Virus record (IMG/VR): IMGVR_UViG_3300049988_000286
Coordinates: 352,001-416,000 of that record
Direction: 5' to 3' (one strand)
Length of the DNA: 64,000 bases
Origin: a virus
Taxonomy: Duplodnaviria; Caudoviricetes
The notes under the pieces are model-generated. The model was not told the origin of the DNA. It saw only the letters and a program-made list of their open reading frames with translations, and did no database searches. This document shows, piece after piece, positions 51,587 through 60,385 of this stretch. The stretch's first letter is position 1; each line of letters opens with the position of its first letter. The translations under genes and the position numbers were made by a program.

Positions 51587-52909
51587 ATGGCTAGAAAAAT
51601 CACCGACCTTCCGCAGTCTACCCTTTCGGCGACCGATCTCGGTGCTGCCTCCATCCCCGTTTCCAATGTGGGCAGCAACGCCTCGGTGCTGGAACGCGTG
51701 TTGGCGCGCGACTTCATGTCGTTGCTCGGTGGGAGCTATCGCGGCACGTGGAGCGCGTCGCCTTCGCGGCCGTATAACTTCGGCGACATCGTGACTGTCC
51801 TCTCAATCATCACTCCAATCTACTATGTCTGCCTTATCGCGGGCACTACCTCCAATCCCTCTGCGAACACGGGCTGGCAACTGATCAATTCCGTGGTGCG
51901 TGGTACCGATGCTGGACCACCTACAGTCGGGGTAGATGGCCAATTGATCATTCAGGATGGCTTGCTGTATTTCAATAGCAACGGCGCGCGTATTCCGCTG
52001 CTTCGTGGCGACGCCCCGCTATTGTCGAACCAGATCGCGCGTGAGCCGGGGACGATCAACATTCTGGATGATCCAACCTTCGCCAGTGGAAGCACATGGA
52101 CGGTGGTGGGTTTCAATCGGGTGGCGTCAACTAATGACTTCGGTAACGGTTTTGCCTATCAGACTAGCGGCACGGGCAGTTTCAGCCTCAAGTCGAAAAT
52201 GACCATCCCTTACACAAGCGGAGAGCAACAGTACGTACGTTATTTTATAACGAAGACCGCTGATTTCGCGGGTACGATCTCGCTCACGTACATAAAGGCT
52301 AATAAAGACGGCAGCAATGCATCAGCGCAGACGGCTGCCACGATCAACCCGACAACGCTTAATACTTTTAGCTTCGGGCTAGATACTAACTTTTCCAACT
52401 TTGGAAGTGGTAACATTACTGCTTTCGGTGTAGAGGCGACGGTTACGGCAGGATCGATCACCGTATTGAGGCTAGAATATTACAAACCTCTAAATCTCCG
52501 GTATCTACCTACGACGACATCCACGTCGGTGTTCTACTACGGTAACAGCACTTTGCTTACGCCACCGGACACGCTGATCAACGCCAGTAAACCCACTGAT
52601 ATGGGTAGTCTTTCTGGCAACATCACGCTCAACTTCTATGCCTATCGAAGTGCAAATTTCACGCTCACTGGCAACAGCACATTGGTCAATCCATCTGGCG
52701 TCGCGTTCTCCGGTTTCGGTGGACGCATCCGCATTACTCAAGACCCTGCTAACTCTGGCGCGCCTTACACTCTAGCCTATGGGTCGGCGTGGAAGTTTCC
52801 CGGCGGCGCGCCGACGCTCTCTACGACACCGGGGGCGGTTGATCTCTTGGTCTATTTCGTCAACACCGACCTGACCTTTGAGTGCACGCTCGTCAAGGAT
52901 GTGAAGTAA
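51587..52909 (+). CDS. tail fibre / receptor-binding-type structural protein
   Basis: ARKITDLP N-terminus; C-terminal FTLTGNSTLVNP...ITQD...WKFPGG.PTLSTTPGAVDLL module. Confidence 0.75.
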   Translation: MARKITDLPQSTLSATDLGAASIPVSNVGSNASVLERVLARDFMSLLGGSYRGTWSASPSRPYNFGDIVTVLSIITPIYYVCLIAGTTSNPSANTGWQLINSVVRGTDAGPPTVGVDGQLIIQDGLLYFNSNGARIPLLRGDAPLLSNQIAREPGTINILDDPTFASGSTWTVVGFNRVASTNDFGNGFAYQTSGTGSFSLKSKMTIPYTSGEQQYVRYFITKTADFAGTISLTYIKANKDGSNASAQTAATINPTTLNTFSFGLDTNFSNFGSGNITAFGVEATVTAGSITVLRLEYYKPLNLRYLPTTTSTSVFYYGNSTLLTPPDTLINASKPTDMGSLSGNITLNFYAYRSANFTLTGNSTLVNPSGVAFSGFGGRIRITQDPANSGAPYTLAYGSAWKFPGGAPTLSTTPGAVDLLVYFVNTDLTFECTLVKDVK

Positions 52910-53427
52910 TGTTCTTCGTCCATCCTTTGTTTGGGAAAGGCGGGGTGTCGCTCAATCCAATTGTGAGCCCCACCGTTGTCGAATCCTCCAATAGTTGGAT
53001 AAACCCCGGCAACGGTCTTTCGCCCAACGGAACCTACACCACCTATAATAGCAATGGCGGGACTACCAATTATTCGGCGGGTAGCTTCCCTGCGACGATT
53101 GTTCCCACTGGAAGTGCCATTAAGGGTATTGAGTTGTACGTTACTGGATACTCAAGCACAGCGAATGTCTGGACGACCGGTCAAATCTATCTTGGTAAAA
53201 CACCGGGAACACGCACAGGGAACAACAAGGGTGATAATGGTTCGGGAGGCAACTTCTGGTCCACGACACCCGAGACGAAAATATTCGGTGGCCCGACCGA
53301 TCTTTGGGGAGAGACGTGGACCGTGGCGGAAGTTCGGGCGCTTTCCATATTTACCGCACCCTCGAACTACCCGTTCGTCAGCGCAACTTTCTACCTCGAT
53401 GGTTACGCGGTTCGCGTTTATACATGA
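52909..53427 (+). CDS. tail-fibre-associated protein
   Basis: TAATG coupling; FGGPTDLWG.TWT motif. Confidence 0.7.
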   Translation: MFFVHPLFGKGGVSLNPIVSPTVVESSNSWINPGNGLSPNGTYTTYNSNGGTTNYSAGSFPATIVPTGSAIKGIELYVTGYSSTANVWTTGQIYLGKTPGTRTGNNKGDNGSGGNFWSTTPETKIFGGPTDLWGETWTVAEVRALSIFTAPSNYPFVSATFYLDGYAVRVYT

Positions 53428-53457
53428 TTGTGCTCGATTGCTGTCGATCAACTAATC

Positions 53458-53463
53458 TAAATA
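53458..53463 (+). promoter_or_regulatory. late promoter TAAATA
   Basis: 4 nt to ATG 53468. Confidence 0.75.
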
Positions 53464-53467
53464 CCGT

Positions 53468-54163
53468 ATGATCTACGCGCGCAAAATTGACGACCAATGG
53501 GTCGAACTCTACGGTGGCTTCGAAGCTGATCGCGACTACGAGGTTGAGGTCGAGTACGAGAACGAAGACGGTCGTCCAATGACGCGCACGGAGACGCGCC
53601 GCGACACCTTCCAATATCCCGCCAACTGGTGCGAGGCTGCGACAGAGGAAGAGCGTACCGCACTCGGCATCTTCCCCGTCGTGGACGCCCCCTATCCCAC
53701 GGGGCGCTACGCCTCGATCGTGCCCGCACTCGACGATACGGCCGATCGTCCCCTCCGCATCTACACGACGATGCCCTATAGCGCAGAAGAAGCAGCGGAG
53801 ATGGTGTGGCGCGAGATCAAGCAGCATCGCCTCGTAGTTCTTGCGATCGGTGCCCCTACCCCGAGCGGGCTCGCGGATTGCGACGATGCTGCGCGTATCA
53901 ACGTCGCGGGTGGTGTCCAGATGGCCACGATTGCCAAGATGAACCAGCAACCCTTCGAAGTGCCGTGGACGATGCGCGACAATTCAGTAGTGATGCTGAC
54001 CGCCGACGCCATGATCGCCATGGGGTTGGCGGTAGGGCAGCACACCTCACGGGTGTTCGGCTATTCGCAGTATCTCCGCAACGCCGTGGCCGATCTGGTA
54101 GCAGATGGTGCGAGCAGCGAAGCCATCTTCGCTCTCGACATCAAGCAGGGCTGGCCCTCATAA
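53468..54163 (+). CDS. DUF4376-like tail-fibre assembly protein
   Basis: WTMRDNSVVMLTADAMIAMG...GWP C-terminus. Confidence 0.7.
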   Translation: MIYARKIDDQWVELYGGFEADRDYEVEVEYENEDGRPMTRTETRRDTFQYPANWCEAATEEERTALGIFPVVDAPYPTGRYASIVPALDDTADRPLRIYTTMPYSAEEAAEMVWREIKQHRLVVLAIGAPTPSGLADCDDAARINVAGGVQMATIAKMNQQPFEVPWTMRDNSVVMLTADAMIAMGLAVGQHTSRVFGYSQYLRNAVADLVADGASSEAIFALDIKQGWPS

Positions 54164-54898
54164 CAGATAGGGGATGCGCTGCTTGAAGCCGTTAACCCTC
54201 CGGGTATCGGCGATGTAATCGTACAGGGTGTCGAGCAGCACCGGATCATGGGCGCTTGGCCGGATTGTCGAGCGGAGGATTTGGTCGATGACCTCGATGT
54301 TCGCGGACGCGATCTCGTCCCGGCCGCAGAGACAGTCGGGGAGACGCGCGTTCTCGACCGCGATTTCCGGGACACCCAGATGCTCGCATAGCGCGATGAT
54401 CTCTGATTTCCAGAAGGTCTGGACGAGTTGAACGCTCACCGCATTGGCGAGCATCGAGTAGGTGCCGAGTGCCTTCTCGGTCGCATTGACGGTGCCACAC
54501 AGCCAGTAGTTCTCACCCTCTGCGTAGAGGGGGCCGGGCTTGCCATCGATGATCGGGTGCAGGGCTCGCGTATGGAGATCGCCCCAGCGCTGCTGATCGT
54601 TGTTGCCACCAAGGGCAGACTCGACAAGGATCGTCGCGGAGGGGGCGGCAGCGCGCAGCCACGGGATCATATGCTCTTCGAACCAACCTTTGCGGCGGCG
54701 CTCTGGATGGACATAGTGAATGCCCAGCAGACGATCGGCCATGCCCATCTTGGCCAACGCCGCCTTGGTGAGCAAGAAGGCCACGGTGGAATCGGTGCCG
54801 CTCAACCCCATGATGAAGCCCGGCACCCTCGCCTGTGACAATCCCATCTTGGCGACGAGGCGGTCCACGGTCGAATTGAATTTGCTCTCGATAGCCAC
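54158..54898 (-). CDS. NadE-like ATP pyrophosphatase
   Basis: IMGLSGTDS PP-loop; GTVNATEKALGTYS and WKSEI motifs. Confidence 0.7.
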   Translation of the reverse strand: MAIESKFNSTVDRLVAKMGLSQARVPGFIMGLSGTDSTVAFLLTKAALAKMGMADRLLGIHYVHPERRRKGWFEEHMIPWLRAAAPSATILVESALGGNNDQQRWGDLHTRALHPIIDGKPGPLYAEGENYWLCGTVNATEKALGTYSMLANAVSVQLVQTFWKSEIIALCEHLGVPEIAVENARLPDCLCGRDEIASANIEVIDQILRSTIRPSAHDPVLLDTLYDYIADTRRVNGFKQRIPYLL

Positions 54899-54986
54899 AC
54901 TGCTTTCCCTTCACCCATCCCTCTAGCGACATCGGGATAGAAAGACAACGATTGACTTGCCGAACTACTCTCCATATAGGCCGGGC

Positions 54987-55412
54987 ATGAAAGACACCCT
55001 CGTAGATTATGTCCGTGATGCCATCGCTGACGGCAAGCTGGATTCCTCGATCGATTTTTTGATCAGCGAGCGCGACAGTATGCGCGACATCGAGCCCCGC
55101 TATGGCGAGGAAGCCGATCAATCGCGAGAGTTGATCCGCGTCTGGCGAGAAGAACGTGCGCGTCGCGTGGCGGAAGGACCGTCCTTTGAGGTGGGCCAGC
55201 GCGTTAAGGTGATCGAGGTGGTGCCGATGGGCTACCGGGGTATCGCCGAACCTGAACTCGGGACCACCGGCGTCGTAGTCGGTGACGGACACGAGGACGG
55301 CCTTCTCATGGTGCAAATCCACATGCATGATCTGGGCTACGATGCCGATCCCGCTGATGAGGATGATGTTCGTGCCCTACCGCTGTTCAACTACGCCTTG
55401 GAAGCCTTGTGA
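54987..55412 (+). CDS. hypothetical protein, probably leaderless
   Basis: TTGACT-17 nt-TATAGG ends 6 nt before the ATG; FEVGQRVKV motif. Confidence 0.7.
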   Translation: MKDTLVDYVRDAIADGKLDSSIDFLISERDSMRDIEPRYGEEADQSRELIRVWREERARRVAEGPSFEVGQRVKVIEVVPMGYRGIAEPELGTTGVVVGDGHEDGLLMVQIHMHDLGYDADPADEDDVRALPLFNYALEAL

Positions 55413-55672
55413 TCTTCTACACCATCATCGTAGCCCTGATCATCGATGCGGCCCTCCTGCTTGGTGATCGATCCGTGCTCCTCACCATCATGGGTGTGGT
55501 CGCCGGATCGGCAGTCGTCGTAGGAACCATCGTCGCGATGTGGTTGTCGCGCGCTCTCGGGGGCAAGTTGCAGTGGACGGAATGGTTTACCGTCACGGTC
55601 CTATCCCTCCTCGGAGGCTCTACCATCTATCTGGCGCTTACCCACTCGCCGGTGGAACTAATTATCAGATAA
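55409..55672 (+). CDS. membrane protein
   Basis: Three hydrophobic helices; GTGA overlap. Confidence 0.7.
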   Translation: MIFYTIIVALIIDAALLLGDRSVLLTIMGVVAGSAVVVGTIVAMWLSRALGGKLQWTEWFTVTVLSLLGGSTIYLALTHSPVELIIR

Positions 55673-55740
55673 CGCCGTCGAATTAAGATTGACACGTCTG
55701 ACCGAACTCGCTCTACAGAGTTCGATTGAAGGAAGAGCTT

Positions 55741-55920
55741 ATGACGACTTGGCTTTGCATCATCTTTACGCTCATGGTGGGCGATGGCGGCTATGCGTTG
55801 GATGGGGTATCTTCGTCCACCGTCGTCACCGTGAAGACCCGCGCGGATTGCATCCGTGTCATGCGTCAGGTGACGGCTGTCAAGTATGTGAAGGCCCGTT
55901 GCGTCGAGGTTAGCCGGTGA
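55741..55920 (+). CDS. small secreted or membrane peptide
   Basis: AAGGA SD; hydrophobic N-terminus, C..C pair. Confidence 0.6.
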   Translation: MTTWLCIIFTLMVGDGGYALDGVSSSTVVTVKTRADCIRVMRQVTAVKYVKARCVEVSR

Positions 55921-56417
55921 GCGTTTACGAACGGACGCGCTCGGAAGACGGGCGGCTGTTCGCGACGCTCTGCTACATGTTCGCTCCGCAGATATTCGCA
56001 GAGTGGGAGAGCAATGGCGAGTACGTCTATGACGCTTCATTCCAGCATGATGATGCCCCGCACGTCACTGCGGTGTTGCAAGTCGAAGGAGCGAGAGCGC
56101 AAATCGCTTTCGAGATCAACCACCCCGATGGTAAATGGGAGTTGGGCGGTCGTGTCCTGATGAATAAGGATCGCGATGCAGACGAGGGTATTCGCTTCCT
56201 CATTCGCGAGCAGGGGTTCGGCCTCCTCGCCGAATACTGCACCTACATGGAGGAGCAGGACTTCGATCGTTACGGCGAGGCCGCTCTTGAGGACGATGCC
56301 GCGTTCGATCGCGCCTATGATGAATGGGAACGCGACGATGCAGCTAGGCAGGTTCGCCTTGCTGCATGGATGAAACAAATCGACGAGGCGGGTGTCCTTG
56401 CTCGCCTCGCCATATAG
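55917..56417 (+). CDS. hypothetical protein
   Basis: GTGA overlap. Confidence 0.7.
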   Translation: MSVYERTRSEDGRLFATLCYMFAPQIFAEWESNGEYVYDASFQHDDAPHVTAVLQVEGARAQIAFEINHPDGKWELGGRVLMNKDRDADEGIRFLIREQGFGLLAEYCTYMEEQDFDRYGEAALEDDAAFDRAYDEWERDDAARQVRLAAWMKQIDEAGVLARLAI

Positions 56418-56426
56418 GAGAATAGC

Positions 56427-57098
56427 ATGAAGCACTTTTCGTTCGACTTCTGGAACACGATCGGCAAGCCCAACAAGGATTACGCGCGCGGTCGCGCCGC
56501 TTTGCTTGCCGATGTTTTCGGCACCGATACCGCCACCGCGAAGGCACGCTACACTTCGGTCAAGAACGCGCTCGATCATGCCGCCGAAACGGAGGGTTGC
56601 GACCATGGTCGCGACTACAATCTGGCTCGTCTCTGCGAAGCGTTCGAACGCGAGGACGATCGCGACTTCCGGGATACGCTGGGGCGGCATCTCGACGATC
56701 TGTTCGCCGAGCATCCGCCGATGATCGACCCTGCGCTCCGGGAGCAGCTTCACCGCGCGCATGATCAGGGCATCACGCTCTCGATCGGCTCCAACACCAA
56801 TTTCATCACCGGTCGTGTCATCATGGAGCACGCGATTGGTCGGCTTCCCTTTGCCTTCACGGTGTTCTCTGATGAAGTCGCGTCCTCGAAGCCCAATCCG
56901 GCGTTCTTCGCGATCATCGCGGAGAAGGCACGCGCGGCAAACCCACTCGTCATGGAGAATACCGATATCGTCCATATCGGCGATAGCCGCGCGTGCGACA
57001 TCGCGGGCGGGGCGCGCGCGGGGATGCAGGTCCACTACACCACGAACGCGGACGCTACTGCGGCAGAAGTCGCGGTGTTGCTCGGAGGGCAAGTCTGA
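56427..57098 (+). CDS. HAD-superfamily hydrolase
   Basis: FDFWNTI, GSNTN, KPNP and HIGDS..CD motifs. Confidence 0.85.
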   Translation: MKHFSFDFWNTIGKPNKDYARGRAALLADVFGTDTATAKARYTSVKNALDHAAETEGCDHGRDYNLARLCEAFEREDDRDFRDTLGRHLDDLFAEHPPMIDPALREQLHRAHDQGITLSIGSNTNFITGRVIMEHAIGRLPFAFTVFSDEVASSKPNPAFFAIIAEKARAANPLVMENTDIVHIGDSRACDIAGGARAGMQVHYTTNADATAAEVAVLLGGQV

Positions 57099-57298
57099 TG
57101 GCTGACGAAACACCCCTCGCCGACTCCCTCGATCTGTTTCTCGGCAAGACGATCAAGAAGATGGACGCTAGTGCGTGCAACAACATCGTCTTCCTGTTCA
57201 CCGATGGCAGCAAGGTGGCACTCCACATCGAGATGGATGCCATCGGGCTGCCGGATGTCCTCGCTTGCACACATTGTGCGGAGATCACCAATGATTGA
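57098..57298 (+). CDS. hypothetical protein
   Basis: TGATG coupling. Confidence 0.7.
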   Translation: MADETPLADSLDLFLGKTIKKMDASACNNIVFLFTDGSKVALHIEMDAIGLPDVLACTHCAEITND

Positions 57299-58127
57299 CC
57301 ACGCCATCATCACCGCCAAGCACTGCTTCACCGCGCAGGACTTCGACGATCGTCGTCTGCCCTTCGAGCCTAACGAATACGCCCGGCTCAAATACGGTGA
57401 CGACAGCATCGCGCGCAAGTTCGGCTTCGAACTCGCGGATCACTTCTTCGCGCAGCACCACGGTGCGCTGCTCGTGGAATCGGTGGTGGTCATTCCCTCG
57501 CCGTACAACTACGTCGAGAACGCCGCGACGATCATGAGCCGTCATTTCGTGCGGCGGCTCAACCATCTGCTCGTCGGCGCATCGGGGCTTCACGTCGATT
57601 TCGCTACCATCCAGCGCAAGGTCAACTACACCGGTGACTTCGGCCTCCTCGACGCAAAGGCGCGTCGCGAGTTGATCGGCGGCGATGTCTTCTACGTCCA
57701 CGAGGGATATTTCGAGGGCAGGACGATGCTGTTCCTCGACGACATTCGCATCACCGGCGCGCACGAGCATCGCCTCATGGGGCTGATGGCGGAGCGGCCC
57801 AAGCTCGCAGGGGCGAACATCCATTTCCTCTACTATGGGCAGCTTTGCGGGGACGAGACGCGAAGCGACGTGGAGGCCTACCTCAACTCGGCAGAGATGA
57901 CGCTCGATCAATATCTCGGCATGTTGCGCGATTCCGATAACCATGTCATTGTCCGCCCGATCAAGTGGCTGATGCGGATGGCTCCGGAGGAGTTCGAACG
58001 CTTCCTCCGGGAAGCGGACTATCGCTCCATCTGGCGTCTCTACGATGGCTGCCTCGGCGAGGGCTATTACAAGGTTCCCGATTATCTCGTGAACTTCCTC
58101 GCCTTGAAGAAGAAAATCGACGGCTGA
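57291..58127 (+). CDS. phosphoribosyltransferase, ComF-related Ter-associated type (PRTase_3-like)
   Basis: YARLKYGD, SPY and LFLDDIRITGAHE PRPP-loop motifs. Confidence 0.75.
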   Translation: MIDHAIITAKHCFTAQDFDDRRLPFEPNEYARLKYGDDSIARKFGFELADHFFAQHHGALLVESVVVIPSPYNYVENAATIMSRHFVRRLNHLLVGASGLHVDFATIQRKVNYTGDFGLLDAKARRELIGGDVFYVHEGYFEGRTMLFLDDIRITGAHEHRLMGLMAERPKLAGANIHFLYYGQLCGDETRSDVEAYLNSAEMTLDQYLGMLRDSDNHVIVRPIKWLMRMAPEEFERFLREADYRSIWRLYDGCLGEGYYKVPDYLVNFLALKKKIDG

Positions 58128-58153
58128 ACAGCGGGAGTGCTAGCACAGTGGAT

Positions 58154-58951
58154 ATGAAAGTAGTCTTTGCTAGCGACCTCCACGCTGATTTCAACCAACC
58201 CAAGATTGAGTGGCCCGCCGGTGATGTATGTGTCATCGGCGGCGACACAGGTAATTCCATCGGCACCGAGTTGAAGGTCTTGGGTAAGCTGGCGAAGAAG
58301 TATCGCCACGTCGTCACCACGGATGGCAACCACACCCATTACTCCAATGCGCCACAGAAGCGGACCGTCGAGGAGACGATTCGTCGCATCCGTGCGCAGC
58401 TTCCGGCAAACGTCCATTTCCTCGGTCACGGCAATCCCTCTGTGGAGATCGAGGGTGTGTGGTTCGTCGGTTGCATGGGCTGGTATAGCTTCGATGTTGT
58501 TGGCGATGTGGAGACCAACAAACAGCGCTGGCGGCGCGTCATGAACGATTGTCGCTGGATCGGTTTCGACGAGATCGAGCAGCGCCAGCCGTGGGATCGT
58601 GCCCGTGATGATGCCGATTTGGTGCGTGACACGCTCCGAGACATCAAGGCGAAGGCTGGTGCAACCTTGCCGCCCATCGTCGTTATGACCCACACCGCCC
58701 CGCATCGCGACATGATCACGTGGAAGGACCACGATCCCGAGTGGAACGCCAGCAACCCCTTCTACGTCAACTCCCATATGCAAGCCGTGCTGGAAAGCCC
58801 GGATGCTCAAGGCGTGACGATCTGGGTCAACGGCCACACCCACCACCGGCGCGAGAAGATGATCAATGGCATCTACTGTATCTGCAATCCTCGCGGCTAT
58901 CCGAGCGAGAATCCCGGTTGGGAGCCGGTCGTTCTTCCAGTCATTCTTTGA
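58154..58951 (+). CDS. calcineurin-like metallophosphoesterase
   Basis: SDLH, GGD, GNH, TH.AP, GHTH and NPRGY motifs. Confidence 0.9.
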   Translation: MKVVFASDLHADFNQPKIEWPAGDVCVIGGDTGNSIGTELKVLGKLAKKYRHVVTTDGNHTHYSNAPQKRTVEETIRRIRAQLPANVHFLGHGNPSVEIEGVWFVGCMGWYSFDVVGDVETNKQRWRRVMNDCRWIGFDEIEQRQPWDRARDDADLVRDTLRDIKAKAGATLPPIVVMTHTAPHRDMITWKDHDPEWNASNPFYVNSHMQAVLESPDAQGVTIWVNGHTHHRREKMINGIYCICNPRGYPSENPGWEPVVLPVIL

Positions 58952-58961
58952 AGGATCAGAC

Positions 58962-59285
58962 ATGAACCGCATCACCATCAATGGCGTGACAATCGAGGGC
59001 GGACGCGATATCCGCGTCGTTGGACGAAGCGTGCTCATCGACGGGCAGAAAATCGATATCGGCTCGATCGAGGGCTCAACACTCCGCGTCGTCGTAGAGG
59101 GCGATCTCGCCTCACTGACCTGTGATGGATCGGCAGAAGTCACGGGCGGGGTTCAGGGGAGCGTCTCGGCTGGTGGGAGTGTCAAGTGCGGTGACATCAC
59201 GGGCGCGGTTAATGCGGGAGGCTCGGTCAAAGGCGCGGCGATCTCCGGACCCGTTAATGCCGGGGGATCAGTCAAGTTGCGTTGA
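58962..59285 (+). CDS. beta-helix repeat protein
   Basis: Repeated GxVxAGGSV units. Confidence 0.75.
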   Translation: MNRITINGVTIEGGRDIRVVGRSVLIDGQKIDIGSIEGSTLRVVVEGDLASLTCDGSAEVTGGVQGSVSAGGSVKCGDITGAVNAGGSVKGAAISGPVNAGGSVKLR

Positions 59286-59316
59286 CGCCTTGGTAGAGTT
59301 CGGATAGATGTAGGGG

Positions 59317-59895
59317 ATGATCGATACTTCGTTCTCCACCATAGCCGGGCTGGCGCTTCGCGTCATGGCCGATTACGCGGAGCAACCGGGTATGAGCGGC
59401 GCGACCGGATACACGTTGCACCAAGCGTTATTCAAGGTGTGCGAGACCCGCGAGAGCATCACTTCGGCGAGTGACAACTACCCCTCCTATATCTGGTGGT
59501 ACCTTGGCACCGACGAACACGGTGAGGTCATTCCCATTCTCGATCTTGGCAAGCTGGCGTGCGTGCCCTTGCGCGATCAACCCCGCCGCCATCGCTATGT
59601 ATGGCCGCGTGAGATCAATGATGATGATGGTCCATGGGCGGTTGCTGTTTCAGAACCACCGTGGTCTATCCTCTATCCCAGTGCCACCTATGCGATGATG
59701 ACCATGGGGATCAGCATTGGCACGCGCGTCTGCACGAGGCTTGTAGCGGAGCATTACCGGTGCAGTTACGAGTATGACGACTGGGACACCCGCATCGAGC
59801 ACGAGATAGTCTTCATCGATCGCAGCCCGGTGATCGATGTTCCGCTCACGTTCGAGAACCGAGGTCCAGAATTCCGAGGATTGCGTTTTGAATAA
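59317..59895 (+). CDS. hypothetical protein
   Basis: TTGACG-17 nt-TAGATG promoter upstream. Confidence 0.65.
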   Translation: MIDTSFSTIAGLALRVMADYAEQPGMSGATGYTLHQALFKVCETRESITSASDNYPSYIWWYLGTDEHGEVIPILDLGKLACVPLRDQPRRHRYVWPREINDDDGPWAVAVSEPPWSILYPSATYAMMTMGISIGTRVCTRLVAEHYRCSYEYDDWDTRIEHEIVFIDRSPVIDVPLTFENRGPEFRGLRFE

Positions 59896-60385
59896 GATCG
59901 TGTCGCACCTTGATGGTGATACCTTCCGGATCGAGGTTCCGGAGGATTTCCTCGTGCTCAAAGGCATCGATTGCGAGGTGGGCAAATATACGGGGTCACC
60001 GAGAACAACTACGCCGACTTATCAGTTGTCGGCGTTCATGGAGGACTATCTCCGGACTCTACTCAATCACATACCTCCGATGAGCTTCGACAAGGGTGCG
60101 ATCTCTAGCGACGCCACGACGGTGGAGGCATTGTTGGAGATCATGGGCTACAACCATACGGTGCGAGTCAAGGCGCGCCCGAGCGACGACGATCTCGGGG
60201 AGATCGGTGATGACGTAGAGATGCTCTGGCCGCACATGAACCAATTCGTGCTTAAATGTCGATCAGAGGAGACCGCCATGTTGCTCGCGGTGCGCTTCGA
60301 TATGATTGATGGCGGGGCGGCTCGTCGCAGCGTCAACGATATGATCGAACTCGCCGCAGAGATACACCGGGCACGGAGCCGTTAG
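59888..60385 (+). CDS. hypothetical protein with family A-like motif
   Basis: LKCRSEETAMLLAVRF. Confidence 0.6.
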   Translation: MNKIVSHLDGDTFRIEVPEDFLVLKGIDCEVGKYTGSPRTTTPTYQLSAFMEDYLRTLLNHIPPMSFDKGAISSDATTVEALLEIMGYNHTVRVKARPSDDDLGEIGDDVEMLWPHMNQFVLKCRSEETAMLLAVRFDMIDGGAARRSVNDMIELAAEIHRARSR

